This document shows, one piece after another, positions 19,587-27,637 of a stretch of 64,000 nt of DNA. The first letter of the stretch is position 1; every line of letters starts with the position of its first letter. Both the position numbers and the translations under genes were made by a program. The notes beneath the pieces are model-generated. The model did no database searches and was not told the DNA's origin. It saw only the letters and a program-made list of their open reading frames with translations. The DNA is from Flavobacteriales bacterium (GTDB taxonomy: Bacteria; Bacteroidota; Bacteroidia; Flavobacteriales; UBA7312): contig JADHMQ010000010.1 in NCBI GenBank assembly GCA_016779935.1, positions 3,572 to 67,571 on the forward strand, read 5' to 3'.

Positions 19587-20083
19587 AAGTTTCCTTAATC
19601 GTTGCTGTATCAGAAAATAAGGTCATTGGAAAAGACAATGATTTAGTTTGGCATTTGCCTACAGATATGAAGTTCTTTAAAGATACTACAAAACACCATT
19701 TTGTAATTATGGGCAGGCGAAACTTTGAGTCTATTCCCCACAAATACAGGCCCTTACCAAACCGTACAAATGTAGTGGTTAGTCGTCAAGAAAACTTTGA
19801 GGCTGAAGGCTGTATAGTAGTCAATTCTATTGAGGAAGCTATCGACTTGGCTAAAAAAGCCAACGATAATGAACCTTTTGTTATTGGTGGCGGACAGATT
19901 TACAAGTACGCTCTGGATAACAAACTCATAGATAGAGTTTATCTTACACGTGTACATACCGAAATTGAAGGCGATACTTTTTTTGAAGATTTGGACGAGA
20001 GTTGGGAATTAGTAAATGAGAAACACCACCCAGAGGACGATAGACACTGCTTTTCGTTTACCTTTCAGACCTTTGAGCGTTAG
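19583..20083 (+). CDS. folA: Dihydrofolate reductase
   Basis: VSLIVAVSENKVIGKDN.L.W.LP.DMKFFK..T and VIMGRRNFESIP in 166 aa. Confidence 0.95.
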   Translation: MKVSLIVAVSENKVIGKDNDLVWHLPTDMKFFKDTTKHHFVIMGRRNFESIPHKYRPLPNRTNVVVSRQENFEAEGCIVVNSIEEAIDLAKKANDNEPFVIGGGQIYKYALDNKLIDRVYLTRVHTEIEGDTFFEDLDESWELVNEKHHPEDDRHCFSFTFQTFER

Positions 20084-21318
20084 GCTACTTTTAGTTTCTT
20101 GAGTTTAGAATTCTCAATTTTATTCTGAGCATATTCTAGAGTGAGTTTAAATTCCTTTATCTCTTCTTTGGATGGACTATCGAACATTACATCTATCATA
20201 ATAGTCTCGCAGATGGAACGCAAGCCCCTTGCTCCTAACTTAAAGTCAATGGCTTTATCAACGATATAATCTAATACATCATCGTCTATAGTTAGCGTTA
20301 TGCCATCCATTTCAAACAATTTCACATACTGCTTTGTGAGTGAGTTTTTAGGCTCTGTAAGGATTTGACGCAGTGTGCTTTTATCTAAAGGCTTTAGATG
20401 AGTAAGCACTGGCAAACGCCCAATTAACTCAGGAATAAGTCCGAAACCTTTAAGGTCTTGTGGGGAAACGTATTGTAATAGATTGTCTTTATCTACTTTT
20501 TCTTTTTTAGTTGATGAATAGCCAATGGCTTGGGTACTTAATCGTTTACCTATGACTCTATCAATACCGTCAAATGCTCCACCGCAAACAAACAAAATGT
20601 TGCGTGTGTCAATAGATACCATTTTCTGTTCGGGGTGTTTTCTTCCGCCTTGTGGTGGCACCTGTACAACAGCACCTTCTAAGAGTTTTAGCATTGCTTG
20701 TTGAACACCTTCACCAGAAACATCTCTAGTGATTGATGGGTTATCGCTTTTTCTAGCAATCTTATCCACCTCATCGATGAATACTATTCCTCTTTGAGCA
20801 GCTTTTACATCGTAGTCTGCGGCTTGTAATAGTCTTGAGAGAATGGCTTCAACATCTTCACCAACATAACCTGCCTCAGTAAGTACTGTAGCATCGGCAA
20901 TACAGAAAGGGACATTTAATACTTTTGCAATAGTTCGTGCTAGGAGTGTTTTACCCGTACCTGTTTCTCCGATCATAATAATATTGGATTTTTCAATCTC
21001 AATTTCTTCAGCATCTGTGGATGGAGGTTGTACTAATCTTTTGTAGTGATTGTAAACGGCTACGGACAATACTTTTTTTGCTTCATTTTGTCCGATAACG
21101 TATTTGTCCAAATGGTCTTTAATGTCAATAGGCTTGAGCAAATTCATTTGTGCGGCAAGCACTTGCTGATCTTTGCCTTCTTTTTCAGAATGAACAATAC
21201 CAACTGCTTGCTCTATACAGCTATCGCAAATATGAGAGTCAATGCCAGCGATGAGCACATTAGTGTCTTGCTTATCTCTTCCGCAAAATGAACAATTGAT
21301 ATTTCTCTCTTCAGACAT
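20080..21318 (-). CDS. clpX: ATP-dependent Clp protease ATP-binding subunit ClpX
   Basis: N-terminal zinc finger CSFCGR...CDSC, Walker A GETGTGKT, and IVFIDEVDKI. Confidence 0.97.
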   Translation of the reverse strand: MSEERNINCSFCGRDKQDTNVLIAGIDSHICDSCIEQAVGIVHSEKEGKDQQVLAAQMNLLKPIDIKDHLDKYVIGQNEAKKVLSVAVYNHYKRLVQPPSTDAEEIEIEKSNIIMIGETGTGKTLLARTIAKVLNVPFCIADATVLTEAGYVGEDVEAILSRLLQAADYDVKAAQRGIVFIDEVDKIARKSDNPSITRDVSGEGVQQAMLKLLEGAVVQVPPQGGRKHPEQKMVSIDTRNILFVCGGAFDGIDRVIGKRLSTQAIGYSSTKKEKVDKDNLLQYVSPQDLKGFGLIPELIGRLPVLTHLKPLDKSTLRQILTEPKNSLTKQYVKLFEMDGITLTIDDDVLDYIVDKAIDFKLGARGLRSICETIMIDVMFDSPSKEEIKEFKLTLEYAQNKIENSKLKKLKVA

Positions 21319-21332
21319 GGTACAAAAATACT

Positions 21333-21361
21333 AAAAAACCACACACTCTAGGCATGTGGTT
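21333..21361 (-). terminator. Intrinsic terminator/attenuator between clpP and clpX
   Basis: Minus-sense AACCACA-(11 nt)-TGTGGTT followed by TTTTTT. It lies 26 nt downstream of the clpP stop. Confidence 0.6.
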
Positions 21362-21386
21362 TTCAATTAGTCTTATTTTAAATAGA

Positions 21387-22064
21387 TTAGGCTTTCTTAA
21401 CGAGCACTTCGTCAATCATACCGTATTGTTTGGCTTCTTCAGCCGTCATCCAATAGTCTCTATCGCCATCTTTCCAAACTTCCTCGTAAGTTTTGCCAGA
21501 ATGATGAGCTATAATTTCGTATAATTCCTTTTTCAACTTCTGAATTTCACGAGCGGTAATTTCAATATCTGAAGCTTGTCCGCTAGCACCACCCAAAGGC
21601 TGATGAATCATTACGCGCGAGTGCTTTAAAGCAGTACGCTTTCCAGTCGCTCCAGCACACAACAATACTGCACCCATTGAGGCTGCCATACCTGTACAGA
21701 TAGTAGCTACATCAGGGTTAATGTATTGCATGGTATCGTATATGCCTAAACCGGCATAAACACCTCCACCAGGTGAATTCAAGTAAATTTGGATACCTCT
21801 TTCAGCGTCAACAGACTCTAAGAATAAGAGCTGTGCTTGAATGATGTTGGCAACATAATCGTTGATAGGTACGCCAAGAAAGATGATTCTATCCATCATC
21901 AATCTAGAGAACACATCCATTGATGCTACATTCATTGAACGTTCTTCAATAATTGTTGGCGAGATGTAGTTGGCATAAGCCGACTGAAAGCGATCTAGTG
22001 TTGTACTGCTAATACCACGGTCTTTGGTGGCAAATTTTCTAAATTCTTCTGAGGGGTCAAACAT
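21387..22064 (-). CDS. clpP: ATP-dependent Clp protease proteolytic subunit ClpP
   Basis: DRIIFLG..I, GMAASMGA (catalytic Ser) and MIHQPLGG (catalytic His). Confidence 0.96.
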   Translation of the reverse strand: MFDPSEEFRKFATKDRGISSTTLDRFQSAYANYISPTIIEERSMNVASMDVFSRLMMDRIIFLGVPINDYVANIIQAQLLFLESVDAERGIQIYLNSPGGGVYAGLGIYDTMQYINPDVATICTGMAASMGAVLLCAGATGKRTALKHSRVMIHQPLGGASGQASDIEITAREIQKLKKELYEIIAHHSGKTYEEVWKDGDRDYWMTAEEAKQYGMIDEVLVKKA

Positions 22065-22077
22065 AGTATTATGAGGT

Positions 22078-23418
22078 TTATTTTTCAGAAGCTAATTTAA
22101 CAAATTCATCGTAAGTGACCTCTTTATTTTTGAGACTAAACTTTTCCTTATACAAACTCATGGTTTTTACGTCATAAAGCTGATTGTAAACTTTCTTACG
22201 TTCTTCCTCATTACCTAAGACTTGTACGGCTATCTCTTCTAATTTTTTGTCATCTGGAGCCGCTTGTCCGTACTGAGCAAAGTTAGAAACGATAAGTTCT
22301 TTAGTATGGTTGATAACGTCTTCATTTTTTACTTCAAGCTCATTATCTTTTATGATTTTGTTTTCAATCAACTGCCATTTTAAGCTCTTGGCATACTGCT
22401 CGTATTCTTGCTCTACTTGCTCTTCAGTAAGTCCTTGCTCGTTGGTGGTTACTAACCACTTTTTTAGGAATGTATCTGGCAAGGATAATTTAGTTTTTTT
22501 AATGAGGTGAAGAATCACATCATTTTTCAATTTATTATCGCTTTCGCCTACAAAAGATTTTTCTACTTCTTCTTTGACCTTGGCTCTGAATTCTTTTTCG
22601 CTTTTTACAGTGTCTTTTCCAAAAACTTTATCGAATAAATCCTGCGTCATATCTGCCGGTTCCATTCTACTGATTTTATTGACTTTGAAATTAAAGTCAC
22701 TATCCAAAGTCTCTAATTCTTCCTTTTTGATGTTCAACATATGGTGAACATCGTTTGAAAATTCTTTATTTATGTGCAGCTTCACTTCATCGCCTGGGGC
22801 TAAACCGACTAATGCTTTTTGAGCTTTTTTGTCTTGCACAATATCCAAAGCTAACGAAGCGGTATGTTGTATTCCGCCTTCTAGAACATTACCCTCAGCA
22901 TCAAGTTGAATAAACTCACCCATCATAAGGTCTGTTTTCTCAGACTTCTCTGGCTGAGTCATTTTACCATAACGCTTTGCCATATCGGTTACGTAATGGT
23001 CTACCATCTTTTTATCGGCAACGATTTGTAGGTAATCGAATTTTCCTTTTTTGTCAAGAGTCACTTTAAACTCTGGTGCTAAGCCCATTTCATACTCAAA
23101 AACGAATTCGCTAGCATTATCCCAATCTACTTCATTGGTTAATGGTAAAGGATTACCCAAAACCTCCACTTTATTTTCGGTAATGTGCTTGTATATACTT
23201 TCTTGAAGCAGTTTGTTTACTTCATCAATCAGCACAGATTTACCAATCATTTTTTTAACCTGTCCCATAGGTACTTTACCTTTACGGAAGCCAGGAATGT
23301 TTGCTGTTTTTCTGTAATTGACTATGACCTCTTCCACCTTGGATTGATAGTCATCCGCTTTAACTTCTACTTTAAGTATAGCGTTTAAGTCGTCTATTTT
23401 CTCTTGTATAATATCCAT
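22078..23418 (-). CDS. tig: Trigger factor
   Basis: 446 aa with GFRKGKVP, the ribosome-binding signature, near the N-terminus. It lies directly upstream of clpP. Confidence 0.93.
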   Translation of the reverse strand: MDIIQEKIDDLNAILKVEVKADDYQSKVEEVIVNYRKTANIPGFRKGKVPMGQVKKMIGKSVLIDEVNKLLQESIYKHITENKVEVLGNPLPLTNEVDWDNASEFVFEYEMGLAPEFKVTLDKKGKFDYLQIVADKKMVDHYVTDMAKRYGKMTQPEKSEKTDLMMGEFIQLDAEGNVLEGGIQHTASLALDIVQDKKAQKALVGLAPGDEVKLHINKEFSNDVHHMLNIKKEELETLDSDFNFKVNKISRMEPADMTQDLFDKVFGKDTVKSEKEFRAKVKEEVEKSFVGESDNKLKNDVILHLIKKTKLSLPDTFLKKWLVTTNEQGLTEEQVEQEYEQYAKSLKWQLIENKIIKDNELEVKNEDVINHTKELIVSNFAQYGQAAPDDKKLEEIAVQVLGNEEERKKVYNQLYDVKTMSLYKEKFSLKNKEVTYDEFVKLASEK

Positions 23419-23452
23419 ACTAATTCTGAACTTCTTTACTATTAATGAGGCG

Positions 23453-23460
23453 CAAAAATA
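23453..23460 (-). promoter_or_regulatory. -7 box TATTTTTG upstream of tig
   Basis: Exact TAnnTTTG on the minus strand, 35 nt upstream of the tig ATG (23418). Confidence 0.45.
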
Positions 23461-23547
23461 AATAATATTATGTTATGAGCCATTCTAATTGACTGGCAAT
23501 ATCTTTTTTTTGTATATTGCAGTTCTCCATCTATTAAACTTAAAGTT

Positions 23548-24744
23548 ATGATTGTATACAAGCCAACTTGTCGGCAATTTATATTTGTCCTTTTTTTCTT
23601 TTTTGCTGTTCATTGTATGGGTCAGAATGGCAGCCAATTGATACGAATTCATACCGTCAGTAATATTGCTTCGATGAACGCCATAAGCACTCCTATGGAA
23701 GGAAATCTAGTATATGTTCAAACTGTTGATGCTATATACTACTACGATGGCACCAATTGGTTGGCTTTGTCTTCTAGCTCCTCAGCAAGTACAATCAGTT
23801 GGAAATTAGCAGGGAACCAAGCTTCTTCCACTGATGTTATAGGAACAACCAATAACAGTGACCTAAATATTCGTACCAATAACATACAAAGAATGACAGT
23901 AAAAAATGATGGGAAAGTGGGTATTGACATCACCAACCCCAGTGGTGCTTTTCAAATAGGAGAAACTCAAGGAGGTGGGTATGTTTTTCTAACGGCAAGT
24001 ACAACAAGTGCCGAAAATGAAATAATAGATAATGATTTAAGCACTACTGGTTGGATAAATATTGGAAATGAAGTCCTGTACAATGGGTCTTCACAAATTC
24101 TCATCGGAGCATATAATTTAATTAAATCAACCCAAACTACATTATCATCTCCGTCCTCGCTAGTTTTTCAAGCTAGGTCAAACGATAATAGCCCTTGGGT
24201 TACTTTAGATACACAAACAAGCATTAACTGGTCAGCAACAACAATGTTTCAAGTAATGTTTACTACTATTACCCAAACTTATGAAGATTACAGAATAGTT
24301 TTTAATAGTGATGGATATTTGGTAGAGGCGCGTATGTTTGAAAGACAACCACCAACAGAAGAAACTAAATTTATTGTTTTAGAAAATGGTAATGTTGGTG
24401 TCGGCACAGACAATCCAACTCAAAAACTACATGTAAGTGGAAACATTTTAGCTAGCGGAACTATAGCCCCTGATTACGTTTTTGAAAGTTACTTTGAAGG
24501 GGAAAGCCAATTAAATCCTGAGTACCAGTTTACTGAACTAGAAAAAACCATTGAATTTGCCAAGAAACACCACCACTTGCCGAATATTCCTTCTGCAAAA
24601 GAGGTAAAAGAACAAGGCGGTATAGTACTCAATAAAGCAGTTGAACAAAATTTAGAGAAAATCGAGGAATTATACATTCATACAAGTAATTTAAATAAAG
24701 AATTAACGGAAATGAGAAAAACAATTTTAGAGTATTTGGAATAA
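23548..24744 (+). CDS. Secreted tail-fibre-like protein, paralog 1 (conserved N module, divergent galactose-binding-like central domain, conserved C module)
   Basis: Signal peptide, then QLIRIHTVSN...GNLVYVQ..DAIYYYDGTNW, W.LAGN...IGTTNNSDLNIRTNNIQRMTVKNDGKVGI. The C module is KLHVSGNILASGTIAPDYVFESYFEG...EKTIEFAKKHHHLPNIPSAKEV...LEKIEEL. It is paralogous to the next two ORFs. Confidence 0.75.
   Translation: MIVYKPTCRQFIFVLFFFFAVHCMGQNGSQLIRIHTVSNIASMNAISTPMEGNLVYVQTVDAIYYYDGTNWLALSSSSSASTISWKLAGNQASSTDVIGTTNNSDLNIRTNNIQRMTVKNDGKVGIDITNPSGAFQIGETQGGGYVFLTASTTSAENEIIDNDLSTTGWINIGNEVLYNGSSQILIGAYNLIKSTQTTLSSPSSLVFQARSNDNSPWVTLDTQTSINWSATTMFQVMFTTITQTYEDYRIVFNSDGYLVEARMFERQPPTEETKFIVLENGNVGVGTDNPTQKLHVSGNILASGTIAPDYVFESYFEGESQLNPEYQFTELEKTIEFAKKHHHLPNIPSAKEVKEQGGIVLNKAVEQNLEKIEELYIHTSNLNKELTEMRKTILEYLE
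24451..24672 (+). repeat. 222-bp conserved 3' block of the tail-fibre-like paralogs, copy 1
   Basis: My manual alignment to copy 3 finds 13 mismatches in 222 nt with no gaps. It contains a 65-bp stretch (24529-24593) identical in all three copies. Confidence 0.85.
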
Positions 24745-24756
24745 CAAACTAAAAAC

Positions 24757-26052
24757 ATGAAAAAACTATATTGCATCCTAAATCTACTCATTTACAGCTT
24801 GGCGTACAGTCAGACTAGCGACCAGTTAATTCGTATTCAGTCAGTCAGTAACCTTTCTACAATGAATGCCATAACTAATCCATTAGAAGGAAATCTTATT
24901 TATGTAGAAAGCACAAGCCTCGTATATTATTATAATGGTGCCAATTGGGTTTCAATAGCATCTACAAATTCAAATTCAACAAATGGTTGGCAACTATTAG
25001 GGAATACAGCTACTTCCTCTGATTTTATTGGAACTACCAACAATACTGATTTTAATATTCGCACCAATAATACTCAGAGAATGACAGTAAAAAATGATGG
25101 AAAAGTAGGTATTGGAACGAATAATCCAACTGGCATTTTTGAAGTATCTACTCAAGGGACAAATCAAAACTTAATACCTCCAATGAGTAGTAATACGGAC
25201 AACAACATAAGTGTTTCAGTAAATTTTCATTCTGGACATACTAGCTCTTTAACTAATTCAGCCTTTCACATCTTTGACAATAATAATAACACATCAATTA
25301 CTGCTAGTTCTACCGCACCAACATCGAGTACAATCACCAATCCAGCTTTTTGGGTAATGGTTGATTTTGGGAACATTAATTACGTAGTTAATTCCTATGA
25401 TTTTAGGGTTGATCCTAATGAATCTCAAAATACCCCCAATAAATTCAAACTAGAAGGCTCCAATGATGGTACAAACTGGACATCTTTGGAAAATTTACAC
25501 ACTATTAATGAATCTGCTTATCAATGGAACCCTCTACAATCTTTTAACATTACTAATACCACTTCTTATAGATATTACAAATTTCATGTGTATGAGATAA
25601 ATTCTAACGTTACAATAGGTGATGCAGTAGTTGGAGAATGTAAATTGATTGAACTAAATCTTTATGGCGTAATCTCAAGTTTTTCTGTAGCTACAAATGG
25701 GAATGTAGGAGTGGGTACCGTAAACCCCAGCGAAAAACTACAGGTATTAGGTAATATTCTGGCTTCAGGAACTATTACACCTGATTATGTTTTTGAACAT
25801 TATTTTGAAGGAAAAAGTCAACTAAAGCCAGAATACCAATTTACTGAACTAGAAAAAACCATTGAATTTGCCAAGAAACACCACCACTTGCCGAATATTC
25901 CTTCTGCAAAAGAGGTAAAAAAACAAGGTGGCATACTGCTAAATAAAGCTGTTGAACAAAATTTAGAGAAAATCGAGGAATTACACCTACATATCTATCA
26001 AACCTTAAAAGAGATTGAAGAAATTGAAAAATTAATACTAAAACTTGATTAA
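24757..26052 (+). CDS. Secreted tail-fibre-like protein, paralog 2 (central F5/8 type C / discoidin-like domain)
   Basis: It has the same N and C modules as paralog 1. The central FWVMVDFGNINYVVNSYDFRV...FKLEGSNDGTNWTSLEN...YRYYKFHV reads as a discoidin/galactose-binding-like domain. Confidence 0.78.
   Translation: MKKLYCILNLLIYSLAYSQTSDQLIRIQSVSNLSTMNAITNPLEGNLIYVESTSLVYYYNGANWVSIASTNSNSTNGWQLLGNTATSSDFIGTTNNTDFNIRTNNTQRMTVKNDGKVGIGTNNPTGIFEVSTQGTNQNLIPPMSSNTDNNISVSVNFHSGHTSSLTNSAFHIFDNNNNTSITASSTAPTSSTITNPAFWVMVDFGNINYVVNSYDFRVDPNESQNTPNKFKLEGSNDGTNWTSLENLHTINESAYQWNPLQSFNITNTTSYRYYKFHVYEINSNVTIGDAVVGECKLIELNLYGVISSFSVATNGNVGVGTVNPSEKLQVLGNILASGTITPDYVFEHYFEGKSQLKPEYQFTELEKTIEFAKKHHHLPNIPSAKEVKKQGGILLNKAVEQNLEKIEELHLHIYQTLKEIEEIEKLILKLD
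25762..25983 (+). repeat. 222-bp conserved 3' block, copy 2
   Basis: The 65-bp identical core is at 25840-25904. The last 144 nt differ from copy 3 at 5 positions, and the 5' third is more diverged. Confidence 0.8.
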
Positions 26053-26837
26053 TGAGAAAATATATACTGCTAACTCTTTTTTCAATATTTAATTACACAT
26101 CCATCTGCCAAAACTTTAATCAGTTGATTTGTGTAAATATCGTTAGTAATGAAACTACAATGAATGCTATTAGTAGTCCACAAGAGGGAAATCTTATATA
26201 CGTTCAAAGCACAGATGCTATTTACTATTATGACGGAACAAATTGGATGCTTTTTTCCAATGGTAATTCATCAAGCTCTAATGACTGGAATTTAGCGGGA
26301 AACTCAATAGCTTCCTCCAACTTTTTAGGAACCTCCAACAACACTGACTTAGATATTCGCACCAATAACACACAAAGAATGACAGTAAAAAATGATGGGA
26401 AAGTGGGCGTCAACACTCTAAGTCCAACTGGTGCTTTTCAAGTTGGAAATAATCAATTTATTATAGCTAATAACGGTAATGCAGGCATTGGCATAAACCC
26501 TAATGAAAAACTTCATGTTAGCGGAAATATTTTGGCTAGCGGAACAATTACCCCTGATTACGTTTTTGAAAGTTACTTTGAAGGGAAAAGCCAACTAAAA
26601 CCTGAGTACCAGTTTACTGAACTAGAAAAAACCATTGAATTTGCCAAGAAACACCACCACTTGCCGAATATTCCTTCAGCAAAAGAGGTAAAAAAACAAG
26701 GCGGCATACTACTAAACAAAGCGGTTGAACAAAATTTAGAGAAAATCGAGGAATTATTCTTACATCTATACGAACTTAATCTTAAAAAAGATAGCCTAAA
26801 GGAAGTATTCAATAAGAAGATTGCCGGAATCAAATAG
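26052..26837 (+). CDS. Secreted tail-fibre-like protein, paralog 3 (N and C modules only, no central domain)
   Basis: In this 261-aa protein the N module joins the C module after only about 10 residues. Its start shares TAATG with the paralog 2 stop. Confidence 0.75.
   Translation: MRKYILLTLFSIFNYTSICQNFNQLICVNIVSNETTMNAISSPQEGNLIYVQSTDAIYYYDGTNWMLFSNGNSSSSNDWNLAGNSIASSNFLGTSNNTDLDIRTNNTQRMTVKNDGKVGVNTLSPTGAFQVGNNQFIIANNGNAGIGINPNEKLHVSGNILASGTITPDYVFESYFEGKSQLKPEYQFTELEKTIEFAKKHHHLPNIPSAKEVKKQGGILLNKAVEQNLEKIEELFLHLYELNLKKDSLKEVFNKKIAGIK
26535..26756 (+). repeat. 222-bp conserved 3' block, copy 3
   Basis: The 65-bp identical core is at 26613-26677. See copies 1 and 2. Confidence 0.85.
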
Positions 26838-27237
26838 ATTTGTAAACTCTAGTAGCGGTTTCACCAATATTAAAATCTTGCTTAACAAACTGTCCAATAG
26901 AAGTTTGTTTGCACCAAGATTCAATAGAGTATCCTTTACCAGAGTAATTGTCTTTTACCCATTGCATGCGCGTGTCCCATAGCAATTTATAAATGCCTCT
27001 TCCTCTGAATTCTGGAGAAACAAAAGCATCCTGAAACTTAATAACTTTATCTTTTTGAAAAGTCAAATTGACCCAACCAACGGCTTGGTCATCTGTCGTC
27101 ATGGCTACCCAACCCAAAAAGTCCCTTGAATGAGTATGTGCTACCACACGTATACTAAATCTGGACCTCTTCATAAACAATTGCTTTCTCTTTAATTTAG
27201 ATTTAATCATCATAATAACAGCATAATAACACCACAA
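26830..27237 (-). CDS. GNAT-family N-acetyltransferase (small)
   Basis: FVSPEFRGRGIYKLLW is the acetyl-CoA-binding R-x-x-G-x-G motif. The start is uncertain (ATG 27237 or ATG 27174, MKRSRFSIRVV). Its 3' end overlaps the convergent paralog 3 by 8 nt. Confidence 0.65.
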   Translation of the reverse strand: MWCYYAVIMMIKSKLKRKQLFMKRSRFSIRVVAHTHSRDFLGWVAMTTDDQAVGWVNLTFQKDKVIKFQDAFVSPEFRGRGIYKLLWDTRMQWVKDNYSGKGYSIESWCKQTSIGQFVKQDFNIGETATRVYKSI

Positions 27238-27312
27238 TAATAACTTAAAAACTTAATCCTAAAATTATTGAAAACCCAATTTTGGGTTAATAAATTCAAA
27301 ATTTTTAGCCCG

Positions 27313-27320
27313 CAAAAATA
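27313..27320 (-). promoter_or_regulatory. -7 box TATTTTTG upstream of the GNAT gene
   Basis: Exact TAnnTTTG on the minus strand. The AACCC-AATTTT-GGGTT hairpin (27273-27288) would lie in the resulting 5' leader. Confidence 0.35.
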
Positions 27321-27588
27321 ATTTTTTTTACAATACAGTTACATGAAAAAATGACGCCTTAAAAATAAACTTATGTTTTCTTAAAATTACTAGAGTAAGA
27401 TTGTAAAATCACTTAAAAAGAATCTGCAAAAAAAAGACAGTTTAAAAGACGTCTTACAACAAAAAATTGATCTATTTGAATTAATGCAAACACACATATT
27501 TATATTTTCACTTCAATTTGGACTAAAACAAGCTGGCATAGCTCCAAGTGATTGAGCAAAATAAATCGAAAGAAAAAAAGATTAGCAT

Positions 27589-27613
27589 AAAAAAACCTCC
27601 TGTTGTCAGGAGG
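27589..27613 (-). terminator. Intrinsic terminator of pepF
   Basis: CCTCCTG-TTGT-CAGGAGG, a 7-bp stem followed in minus sense by a T7 run. Confidence 0.85.
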
Positions 27614-27637
27614 TTTTGTATTATTTAGAAACAATAA

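Noticed and set aside
23548-27237. Diversity-generating retroelement, invertible-promoter phase variation or a prophage remnant as the explanation for the variable tail-fibre-like trio
   Set aside because: There is no reverse transcriptase, recombinase or invertase. I found no template-repeat/variable-repeat pair with adenine-specific differences, no flanking inverted repeats, and no other phage structural genes. Only homologous-recombination-type repeats are visible.
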